From Octopus vulgaris (Eukaryota): a DNA stretch of 64,000 nt. Numbering within the stretch: the stretch's first letter is position 1; the number at the start of each line of letters is the position of its first letter. The notes beneath the pieces were generated by a model, which saw only the letters and a list, made by a program, of their open reading frames with translations, ran no database searches and was not told where the DNA came from. Of this stretch, positions 14,576 to 26,185 are shown piece after piece. Location: assembly GCA_951406725.2 (NCBI GenBank), contig OX597819.1, positions 120,900,001 to 120,964,000 of the forward strand. Reading direction: 5' to 3'. Position numbers and translations under genes: made by a program.

Positions 14576-14862
14576 GCGCCTATGTGTATGTGCACACTCA
14601 TGCATGCATGTGTATATATATATATGTGTGTGTATCTGTGTGTGCATGCATGTGTGTACACACACAGGCGCATGCACACACATACGCACACATATATGTA
14701 AAAATATACACCTATGTACAAATGCCTGCATGCACACATATACACACCAATATAAAAATCATACACCATACGCAAGCACACACGTACAGAAGCATACACA
14801 TGCACATTAAGACAACAGTAAACACACACACACACACGTGCAAACACAGATACATACATACA

Positions 14863-14894
<32 letters not shown>

Positions 14895-15880
14895 CACTCA
14901 AACATAGATACGTACGTACATACATACATACGTACATACATACATACATACATAAATACATACATACACACACATACATACATACATACATACATACACA
15001 TACACTCAAACATAGATACATACATACATACATACATACACACACATACATACATACATACATACACATACACTCAAACATAGATACGTACATACATACA
15101 TACATACATTCATACATACACACACATACATACACATACATGAGTTCATACATATGCATACATACATACATACATACATGCATACATACACATACACTCA
15201 AACATAGATATGTACATACATACATACATACATACATACATTCATACATACATACATACGTACATACATACATACATGCGTTCATACATATGTATACATA
15301 CATACATGCATACATACATGCATACATACATGCATACATACACATACACTCAAACTTAGATACGTACATACATACATACATTCATACATACATACATACA
15401 TGCATACATACATACATACATGCATACATACGTACATACATACCTACATGCGTTCATACATACATACATGCATACATACACATACACTCAAACATATATA
15501 CATACATACATACATACATACATACATGCATACATACGTAGATACATACATACATACACACATACATACGTACATACATACATACATACATACATACATA
15601 CATGCATGCAAACATACGTACATACACACACATACATACATACACACATACATACATACATACATACGTACATACATACCTACATGCGTTCATACATACA
15701 TACATGCATACATACACATACACTCAAACATATATACATGCATACATACAGACATACATACACACATACATACGTACATACATACATACATACATACATA
15801 CATACATACATACACACATACATAAATACACATATACATACACACATACATACATACATATATATGCACTCAAACATAGA
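14308..15880. repeat. (CA)n/(TACA)n microsatellite array with recurring ACACTCAAACATAGATA unit
   Basis: Direct inspection. Confidence 0.9.
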
Positions 15881-16359
15881 TACAGTCGGAGATACCAAAA
15901 CTAGAATTAAACGGGAATTTACAAACTTCTTAATTGCTTTCTAACATTCTTTGTATGGTCGAACTTTCTTCCCCGTTGTTCGTTTGCTAATCTCGTAGCA
16001 TTTCTGATAAGAATGGATTGTTGGTCGCTTATATCCTCGCTGTAACTCTTTAGTTCGGTTCTTATTTCTCTGTCAATCTTTTAGTTATTAACGCTGTTTC
16101 AATCTCTTCGATGTCAATTCTTGAATTTACAAATTGTTTCCCCATTATATCTCTTTTTTACATTGCAGGATTTCTTTTCTACGTTTCTCGGATTCTTCCA
16201 CTCTCGTTCGTAATTATTTCTCTTAATCGTTCGTAATATCCAACCATCTCTTCTCCCTTTTTTCTTTCTTTCTTTCTTTTTTCCTTTCTTTCTCTGTGTC
16301 TCTGTGTCTCTGTGTCTTTGACTCCGTCTTTCCCTGTCTATCTCTTTCACTCTCTCTCT

Positions 16360-17190
<831 letters not shown>

Positions 17191-17754
17191 GCACAGCATA
17201 TGTTTTATTCTTTCTGTGACCCGCCCTATCTCTCTACCATTGACGTACTTACTAAAGCTTTCCATCTCTCTCCAACTGTCTTTCCAACCACTATCTTTTA
17301 CTTCTCTATAAAACAAGTCTTCCTTGATTGTTTGACTATCAAAAACCAGTGAAAAACTAGCCAGATAATCCTCCATTATCTTACGATACGATGGGAGAAA
17401 AATCATAATATAGCTTCTTGTCGTTGTTGAAGAAAACATCATGTTTCGCCAAGATAGCTAAAATACTACCCTTTTACTGATAAAATACCACGGTGCTATT
17501 ATCATCATCATCATCATCACCAGCAGCACCACCACCACCGCCAATAGCATTATTATTGTGATCTGATTTTCATTGCGTAATTTTCGTTTATTATCGAGTG
17601 CAGATTTATGCGTCATGGATATGTTCAATGATATATATATATATATATATATATACCGGAGTAAACACATAAATGTGAAACAAGGTGGAAAAAAGAGTAC
17701 TCAAATACCAGTGGTAGAGTAATATGCTTTATTTTAAGCAGCAGAAAATTCAAC

Positions 17755-17801
17755 AAAATCTGTTACTCTGAGTTTCTCGTTGCCGTTCATCAGACAGATT
17801 C
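17755..17801 (-). ncRNA. Minimal type I hammerhead ribozyme motif
   Basis: AATCTGT-CTGATGA-A-CG(GCAA)CG-A-GAAAC-TCAGA-GTA-ACAGATT; 7-bp perfect stem I. Confidence 0.8.
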
Positions 17802-17806
17802 TAGCA

Positions 17807-17853
17807 AAAACTGTCTGATGAACGGCAACGAGAAACTCAGAGTAACAGATTTT
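17807..17853 (+). ncRNA. Minimal type I hammerhead ribozyme motif (mirror copy)
   Basis: CTGT-CTGATGA-ACGGCAACGA-GAAAC-TCAGA-GTA-ACAG. Confidence 0.75.
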
Positions 17854-17880
17854 GTTGAATTTTCTGCTGCTTAAAATAAA

Positions 17881-17922
<42 letters not shown>

Positions 17923-17946
17923 CTGTGTATACACACATATATATAC

Positions 17947-18002
<56 letters not shown>

Positions 18003-18061
18003 GTATATATATATGTATATATATGTATATGTATATATATATTTATTTATTTTATTTTTTA

Positions 18062-18480
18062 TTTTATCTAGTTTCAGCTCACGAGCTGTGGCCATGCTGG
18101 GGCACCGCCATTTGGTGTTGCTACATGATTTTACTTCACGAATGCTTTTTAGCAACTGCTATTTGGTGCATGAGAGAGTTCGATACAGCTGCCCTCATCT
18201 GCACCTCCTGCCGTGAAGATCGTTCATCTGGGATACCTGACAAGAAGAGAGCCAGTTTCAGTTTAAAGACATCTATATCCACCCCATGCAGGTATCTTAG
18301 GTTCTTTAGGAGGATATTGAAGAGCTGTGGGCCTCGGAAGCCCAGGCTATCACAGTATCTTGTCCTACATCTTGATGGCAAATTTGGAGTCCTTGGCACC
18401 ACGCAGTGGCGCCCAGTTCTGGCATTTGTGTAACTCTCGATGCCAAAGTTTGGGACAAGTCCTTCCATATATTATTATAT
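18062..18480 (-). mobile_element. CR1/L2-like LINE 3' end (ORF2 C-terminus plus 3' UTR), 5'-truncated
   Basis: ORF 18136-18468 contains [25 protein letters not shown]; conserved 3' tail and (TAAAA)n end. Confidence 0.8.
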
Positions 18481-18613
18481 GATTGAACGCCATGCATTCT
18501 TTTCTAAGTAAGTTTTATCTTATATATATATTTCTCAATCTCTAACTCACACAAAAGTAAACACAAACATATATATGTATATATATATGTATGTATGTAT
18601 GCATGCATGTATG

Positions 18614-18647
<34 letters not shown>

Positions 18648-18852
18648 TGTATGTATGTATGTATGTATGTATGTATGTATGTACTGTGTGAGTTAGAGGT
18701 TGAGAAACAAACTAAGGGATAGTACCTATCCAATATACTGCTGGTAGTGTACCCAGTGATTCATAGCCTAGCGCTAGTAATTGCATGGCAATCTCTCAAT
18801 CATATATTATATATGGCCGGGGGCGAAAAGTGGTTTATCCTTGATTTATACG

Positions 18853-19283
18853 GCAAATAAAAAAAGAACGGAGAGGATATAAAATCGACAGACATCAGCC
18901 GGTAAACATTCCTGTATGGCTATTTATTCAAATGTATAGCATGAATACACATACATGTATTAGTGGTACAGAGTATCGCATTGGAAAAAGCTGGTAATTT
19001 CATAAAGAAGAGCGTGAAAACATATAAACATATAGAACGAAGTGAGCAATTGAGCAAATGAGCAAAGGAGTAAATGAGCTGATTGGCAAGAAACTGAGTG
19101 GGCAGGTGCTAATTCCTGCACCTTGTTTATGCAAATACCAGCTTTTTCCATTCGATGATCTGTACCAATAATACATGTGTGTGTATGTGTGTATTCATCC
19201 AATACATTTGAATATATAGACATACTTGAATGTTTACCGGCTGTCGTCAGTCGATTTTATATCCCCTCCGTTTTCTTATTTGC
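18853..19283. repeat. Imperfect inverted repeat (~110-bp arms)
   Basis: AACGGAGAGGATATAAAATCGAC..AGCCGGTAAACATTC versus GAATGTTTACCGGCT..GTCGATTTTATATCCCCTCCGTT. Confidence 0.75.
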
Positions 19284-19291
19284 TATGTATA

Positions 19292-19540
19292 TGTCTCTTA
19301 TATAAAATCTGTTCAGTCTGTGTGTGTGTGTGTGTGTGGCTTCTATGATCTCGGGCACCCTCCATCCGATTGCGCTCAAATTTGATATGTAGATACCGAC
19401 GGTATCACGCCGTGTATAAGTCTTGAAAAAATTACAAAACTCGATTCCAGATGAGAATATAGCCACGGGAAATCGTTTTTCTTTGGAATAGAAAAAAGTC
19501 TATCTTTATTTATTCTTTTGCTGATATCTCAAATTTAGGT
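19292..19540 (+). mobile_element. Helitron-like non-autonomous fragment
   Basis: TCTCTTATATAAAA start, (TG)n, CCGATTGCGCTCAAATTTG motif. Confidence 0.4.
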
Positions 19541-19658
19541 TAAATCAGTGTTTCTCAAAGGGGAGGCCTATGGGACGGTCGGACAAGTTGTTTTGGGAAA
19601 ATTTGGTTTGAATGTTTGACAAATCAGTACCGTCCATTGGACGGGGGACTTTTGCTCG

Positions 19659-19703
<45 letters not shown>

Positions 19704-19711
<8 letters not shown>

Positions 19712-20650
19712 TAAGGGTTAATTGCAACAAGTTACTCAAAACCACATACCGAAAATATTAGAAATAGCAGCCAAAATTGATCACTATTTCCTCTACTAAT
19801 AAAAAGTCTCCACAAACAAACAGAATTTGCAACCTGTATATGGCAAAAAAGGAAGAAAATAACGAAATCCCAGCCTATGGATTAATTATAGACGAATCGT
19901 TTCTGGATTAGAACCGAAGGCTCATTTCCTTGTCAATATAATATTTTTTATAAATCTAGAAATGCTAGGGGAAAAACTCACCCGTTACACCAACACGACC
20001 AGCGACAACCCATTCCAAATATGGTCTTTTCCATACCGATAAATCTACTAGGGGAAATTTATTAATTTTATTAAATTAATTATATTCCACCCTTTTTTGC
20101 ATAATGAATACTATTGCTCCCCTACAAGAAAGCTGCGAAACTTCGTTTCGTTGCTAATGTTTTTGTAGCTCACGTGGTAATTTTGGAGGGAGATATGAAT
20201 TCGCATGTCTGTATAAGTGTAGGAATGCTAGCAATCTGTTAGATCGTTCGATGTCGCTGGTCGTGCTGGTGTAACGGGTGAGTTTTTCCCCAAGCATTTC
20301 TAGATGTATAGGAAATATTATATTGACAAGGAAATGAGCCTTCGGTTCTAATCCAGAAACGATTCGTCTATAATTAATCCATAGGCTGGGATTTCATTAT
20401 TTTCTTCCTTTTTTGCCATATACAGGTTGCAAATTCTGTTTGTTTGTGGAGACTTTTTATTTGTAGAGGAAATAGTGATCAATTTTGGCTGCTATTTCTA
20501 ATATTTTCGGTATGTGGTTTTGAGCAACTTGTTGCAATTAACCCTTAATTATAATTATTATAACCCTTACCAAATATGGTCTTTTCCATACCGATAAATC
20601 TACTAGGTGAAATTTATTAATTTTATTAAATTAATTATATTCCACCCTTT
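19704..20650. mobile_element. Penelope-like inverted/direct pLTR arrangement next to (TA)n
   Basis: ~300-bp inverted arms 19704-20007 and 20252-20555; ~80-bp direct repeat 20015-20095 and 20570-20650; HHR-like motif in each arm. Confidence 0.7.
20317..20374 (+). ncRNA. Type I hammerhead motif with U3-A8 core variant
   Basis: ATTATA-TTGACAA-GGA..GAGCC(TTC)GGTTC..TCC-A-GAAAC-GATTC-GTC-TATAAT; mirror copy at 19885-19942 on the minus strand. Confidence 0.65.
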
Positions 20651-21907
20651 AAATTTAAACAATATGAGAGTCCACTATGTGGATCCCTTATGTGCTAAAA
20701 TTAGACATCAAACCGTCTTAACACGAAATCTGGTTCTCAAATTAGCAAGACGCTAGATGTTTACGAGCTAGACAAATGAAAATAGATAATCATAGCACTT
20801 AATTCCATAGCTTAAGGTTTCGACATGAACAATTTAACAATTGCCTGTGTCTCTTCAGTGAAATCGGTGCTGACACATAAAAATGGAACTGGACACCACT
20901 CGTCTCCGTGAGAGGATACGAATGTATAAAGTTACAATGTCATGCATTTTAACTTCGATTGAAACGTCCTCGTACTAGCGAGCCAAGCCAGCAGATAACT
21001 GCAATGAATGATATTCAGCAATGAATCACTGGCAAGAGAACACAATTATTTGAAATTAAATATTAAGAGTAGAAATAAATATTATTAAATGATATTGTTA
21101 AATAATATCGATTTCAACCAGAAGAGCCCTGTACGGATCAAACTTGCTAAACAAAATTGTCCAGTCAAAGCCATTATAATCTATGTACCTGTAAACATTT
21201 CTTCGTACTGCCTTTGCCACTTTGGAACTCCAAAGGTCAAGCAACAATTAAATATAATGTCAGGCCATAGAGTATATTAGAAAAACACAAAATAATTGAG
21301 ATTTACACATTCTTTAATCAGCGTACGCACATTTCAGATATATTGATAAATACTAAATTTCTGCGATTCAGTAATCATTCATATTAATCGATCAAATATT
21401 TGATATCGTAAAGATTCTACAGATATAATATTCTACCTTTATCAGAGTTATATCATACTGCTTTGAACAGAGAACATGTTATCGCAGAGAGATAGCAGTA
21501 AAATTAACAATATTTGACTTATCATATAGAATAGTGTTGTATGTTAGTAGATGTACTTAGGAATTGTATATATCAGGTCATGCAAGAATTCTAATAAGTT
21601 ACTTAGTTTCTTCAATCCTACTCGTCAACTTGAAATGTTAAAAAAACATAATTCCTGCTTCATTTAAAAATTTACTGAACAATTTAATTACTTAGATGAG
21701 GTCTATAGATCCAAGCTATTCAGGAGATAAGTATTTTGGCAACGAGGGAAATGTCATTTGATGAGTTTTAATTCTAAATATAAGCTATGCGCAGAACACA
21801 GTTTGAATAACAATACCTCTAAGGAGGGAAAAAACCAACAAATTGATTGAAAAATGTATAATTCACCATTCTTTTCTATGTCTGCCTATTTCTCTCTGTC
21901 TCTCTCG

Positions 21908-21999
<92 letters not shown>

Positions 22000-22019
22000 T
22001 TCCTATGAATAATGGTGTG

Positions 22020-22220
22020 AAATTTTGCTACCAGGGCAGCCATTTTGGTGGAGGAGATGCGTCGATTACATCGACCCCAGTGCTCTACTGGTACTTAATT
22101 TCTCGGCCCCGATACGGTGAAATGCAAAGTCGGCATCGGCAGAATTTGAACTCAGAACGTAGCGACGGACGAAATTCCAGTAAGCATTTAGCCCGACGTA
22201 CTTACGAATCTGATAGCCTG
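22020..22220 (-). mobile_element. SINE family B, diverged
   Basis: aatttgaactcagaacgtag and gtacttaatt motifs. Confidence 0.7.
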
Positions 22221-22226
22221 TAAATA

Positions 22227-22445
22227 GTAATAATATTTATAAGCTTAAAGCTTATAAGAGATCGCCGTATATTGACAGCAGGAAAGAGTCTAATACTGGA
22301 GCTTATAGGCCCCGGACGGGAATATGTGCGTAGGGAAATCCCGCTTTTGTCGGTCGATGGCTTATATGCCCCAATATTAAAATATTTTCTTTAGTCAATA
22401 CACGGGGATCATTTATAAGCCTTAAACTTATAAATGTTATTATTA
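22227..22445. repeat. MITE-like imperfect inverted repeat (~50-bp arms)
   Basis: TAATAATATTTATAAGCTTAAAGCTTATAA..CCGTATATTGAC versus GTCAATACACGG..TTATAAGCCTTAAACTTATAAATGTTATTA. Confidence 0.6.
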
Positions 22446-22509
22446 TTAACAGAATTGTCACTCGTCCCCCCTTCTCAATTCATCGCAGAAAAAGCAAGTG
22501 TATATATAA

Positions 22510-22712
22510 CTGGTTCTCTTCTTGTCAGGTGTCCCAGATGAACCAACTTCACGGCAGGAGGTGCAGATGATGGCAGCTACATCGAACTCTCTCATGCACC
22601 AGATGGCAATTGCTAAAAAGCATTCGTGAAATAAAATCATGTAGCAACACCAAATGGCGGTGCCCCAGCATGGCCACAGCTTGTAAGCTGAGACTAAATA
22701 AATAAAAAATAA
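22510..22712 (+). mobile_element. CR1/L2-like LINE 3' end, same family as 18062-18480
   Basis: High similarity to the reverse complement of 18062-18255. Confidence 0.85.
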
Positions 22713-22970
22713 TAATAATATATATATATATAAGCAGTTAGGTGGGTTAGAGTTTAAAATAACCGCCTAAGGTTATTGTAACCATATTGTAACCCTAATA
22801 TGATAAATATTTTTTGCATATCAATGGGAATACCATACAACATTGGAAGAAGGAACAGATGTTAAATGGGATGTAGTTATTTGCATTGAATTAATATATA
22901 ATAATTAACGTAAGTCAATTGTGGTTCATCAAAATTTTTGTGTTTTCTTTAAATTTATATATATATATAT

Positions 22971-23502
22971 ATGGAGTTAAACGCAGATGCTATTCAAATT
23001 GTTTTGCTTCCGACACTTGTTTCGAAGATATCATTTGTATTATTCCAAAGGAATAATATGATGTAAAACAATGTAATCTTCTCTTCATGGGGGATGAAAA
23101 AATAAAACTCGTCAATAAGACATTTTAACAGAATATGATGGATATGTATAGTGATGAACTGAACGCTATTAAGATTTTGATGATGATGTAACGAAAGCCA
23201 ACTTTTTAGATACTACACTTAACTTACATGATAAGCCGTACCCCTCCACGTTCTATAGGCTACCTTTAACGTTATATCCGCTAACGGTTTTTTTTTTAAA
23301 ATTAATAGCGTTCAGTTCATCACTATACATATCCATCATATTCTATTAAAATGTCTTATTGACGAGTTTTATTTCTTCATTTCTCTGAAGAGATGATTAC
23401 ATAGTTTTACTCCATTTTATTCCTTTGGAATAATACCAATGATATCTCTGAAACAAGTGTCGAAAGTAAAAGAATTTGAATAACACCTGCGTTTAACTCC
23501 AT
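22971..23502. mobile_element. Fold-back element (~200-bp arms) next to (TA)n with HHR-like motif
   Basis: Arms 22971-23172 and 23302-23502; CTGAAGA (23385) .. GAAAC-AAGT-GTC (23450-23461). Confidence 0.65.
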
Positions 23503-23693
23503 TTATTTATTTATATATGTTATACAAAATATTTCACATAAACCCGGGGTTTCTACCTTTAAAAACAAAGGGTTACGCCCTTGTTACTTGTGTGATATTT
23601 TGCTACTCTGGTAACTGTCTATGTTTTCCTTGTTAATTATAAACAAGGGAAACACACACACATACATGCACACACAGACGTAGACACACACAA

Positions 23694-23737
<44 letters not shown>

Positions 23738-23739
23738 AG

Positions 23740-23942
23740 TAAAAAAACGAAGAACAAACAAAAGAAAAATAGCAACAACGCGAGGACGTGGTACATACAA
23801 ATTATTAGCAGACCCTCAAGGGAAGGAAAGAAAGGTGGGCTTATATTTCGAGCAAAGCTCTTCATCAGAAACAGGAAACGGAGGGAAAGTCCAAGAGAAA
23901 AGGAAGACGGAGGAAAAAATTGCCAACGATTTGCATGTGGTG
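23740..23942 (-). mobile_element. PLE-type terminal fragment in (TA)n with HHR core
   Basis: Minus strand CTGATGA-A-GAGC(TTT)GCTC-GAAAT-ATA (plus-strand 23842-23868); (TA)n on both sides. Confidence 0.65.
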
Positions 23943-24237
23943 TATATATATATATATATATATATATATGTAAATATATATAATTTATAAACAAGGGCAA
24001 AAGTTCATAACCATAATTCATCACTATAAGAACTTATAGTGATAAATTATATGGTTATGGACGATGTGTCTAGTTTCGGCATATTTGGCATTAGAAATCT
24101 TTTTCTTTTGCCCTTGTTTATAAATTGTTTATAAATTTAACCTTTAAAGGTATTTTTAATATGCTGGCCATTGATAACATTTTTTCGAAAAAAATTTATC
24201 CTATATTAGATATATATATATATATATATATCTCCAC

Positions 24238-24391
24238 GGGATTCTTTCAGTTTCCGTCCATCATATCCATACACAAAGCTTTGGTTTACCCGAGATTATA
24301 GTAAGCAACTCTTACCTAAGGTGCCACGCTGTGAGACCGAAACGGGAACCATGTGTTTGGGAAATAAATTTGTTACCACACAACTATGCCC
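24238..24391 (-). mobile_element. SINE family A 5' half, diverged
   Basis: ttctttcagtttccgtc..aaggtgccacgc..ggaaccatgtg. Confidence 0.75.
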
Positions 24392-25363
24392 ATACATGTA
24401 TGTGTTTATATATGTAATATTCAACGCATGATTAAGAAAACAGTTGAGACTTTTTTAAAAATTGTATTCAAGGACAAACTATTGTGTGATATATAAGTGA
24501 ATAAAAATATGTCTGGGAAGGGTATCGGATATGTGAGTGAGTGTACATCATTGTCTGTGCAGCATGAGAGAAAAAAGAGAGTGAGAGACAGTCTGAGAGA
24601 TGTAGAGAGAGAGAGAGAGTGTGTGGGGAATAAGTGTTAGATTTTCGGAAGCAGAACTGGTATGTAGCGTTCGGAATAATAAATCGATTCAAAGAATAAT
24701 TCTACATGTTCTGTGTTTGTGATAATGGCAATAGATTCGCATTCTAAAATGAAAAACAAAATGACTGGTCAGTGGTCAGGAGGAAGGATGAATTCCTGGC
24801 AGAAGTCTGCATAGCTAAATGGATCGCTACTTGATTACTGGACGGTTCGACGCGATGGCTAGTTGGATAAATATAGGAGAATGGATGACTGGCGCTGTGA
24901 AGGTTGATTGATGGATAACGAATTTCCTGACTATCTGAACGACTGACTAAATGTGTAACCAAATATATGAACTGCTATCTGATTGGATCATGTGATTAAA
25001 AAACAAAAAACAAAAAAAATTTTGAAAACGTTCGATAGTTGGATTACTCTCAATATATCTTCTGTGTTGCTTTATCGGCTTAGAAATCATCGTGTTGAAC
25101 CATACAGGACGGCGGAGGAGAGCAGAATTGAAAACACAACTTATTGTATTGCATCTGTTATTGGTGGGGGTAGGGATTTGATACAAGTAGTACCAAATAA
25201 GACGTGGGATCGCCTCGTTTGCATCAACTACATCTGCTAAATTGTGAGAGATTATCCCATATTGAGAGATATTTGTTTTGGATTGCAGAAGCTGGCTGGT
25301 GATAAATGTCCCATAAAGTTAAGTTTTTAATATTTTCACATTCAAATAAATAAATAAATAAGT

Positions 25364-26185
25364 AGTGAGCTGGCAGAAACGTTGGCACGCCAGGCAAAAG
25401 GCTTAACGGAATTTCGTCTGCCGCTACGTTCTGAGTTCAAATTCCGCCGAAGTCGACTTTGCTTTCATCCTTTTGGGGTCGATTAAATAAGAACAAGTTG
25501 CTTACTGGGGTCGATCTAGTCGACTGGCCCCCACCCCAACAATTCCAGGCCTTGTACCTAGAGTAGAAAAAAATATTTTCGCATTCAAATTATAAAGTTG
25601 TGAGCTGGCAGAAACGTTAGCACGCCGGGAAAAATGCTTAACGGCATTTCGTCTGCCGCTACGTTCTGAGTTCAAATTCCGCGAGGTCAACTTTGCCTTT
25701 CCTCCTTTCGGGGTCAATTAAATAAGTACCAGTTACATACTGGGGTCGATGTAATCGACTTAATCCGTTTGTCTGTCTTTGTTTGACCCCTCACTGTGTA
25801 GCCCCTTGTGGGCAGTAAAGAAATAGGCATTTCGTCTGTTTTTACGTGCTGAGTTTAAATTCCGCCGAGGTCGACTTTGCCTTTTATCCTTTCGGGATCG
25901 ATAAATTAAGAACCAGTTACGCACTGGGGTCGATATAATCGACTTAATCCGTTTGTGTGTCCTTGTTTGTCCCCTCTGTGTGTAGCCCCTTGTGGGCAGT
26001 AAAGAAATAGGTTTTTCGTCTGTCTTTACGTACTGAGTTCAAATTCCGCCGAGGTCAACTTAGCATGTCATCCTTTATCCTCCTTAATTTATCATCGATA
26101 AATTAAGTACCAGTTGCGTTCTTGGGTCAATCCAATCGACTGGCCCCTTCTCCAAAATTTTGTGCCTATAGCGGAAAAGAATATT
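25364..26185 (+). mobile_element. Two adjacent SINE family B copies, the second with internal tandem amplification
   Basis: Copy 25364-25570; copy 25600-26185 repeats the GAGTTCAAATTCCGCCGAGGTC..TAAAGAAATAGG unit. Confidence 0.9.

Larger units (their letters stand above)
17656..17881. mobile_element. Penelope-like pLTR fragment with perfect 71-bp inverted repeat, inserted in (TA)n
   Basis: Arms 17727-17797 and 17811-17881, 13-nt spacer, (TA)n on both flanks, an HHR in each arm. Confidence 0.75.

Noticed and set aside
25600-26185. Repeat-spacer appearance suggesting a CRISPR-like array
   Set aside because: Whole modules are repeated with no unique spacers; eukaryotic SINE sequence
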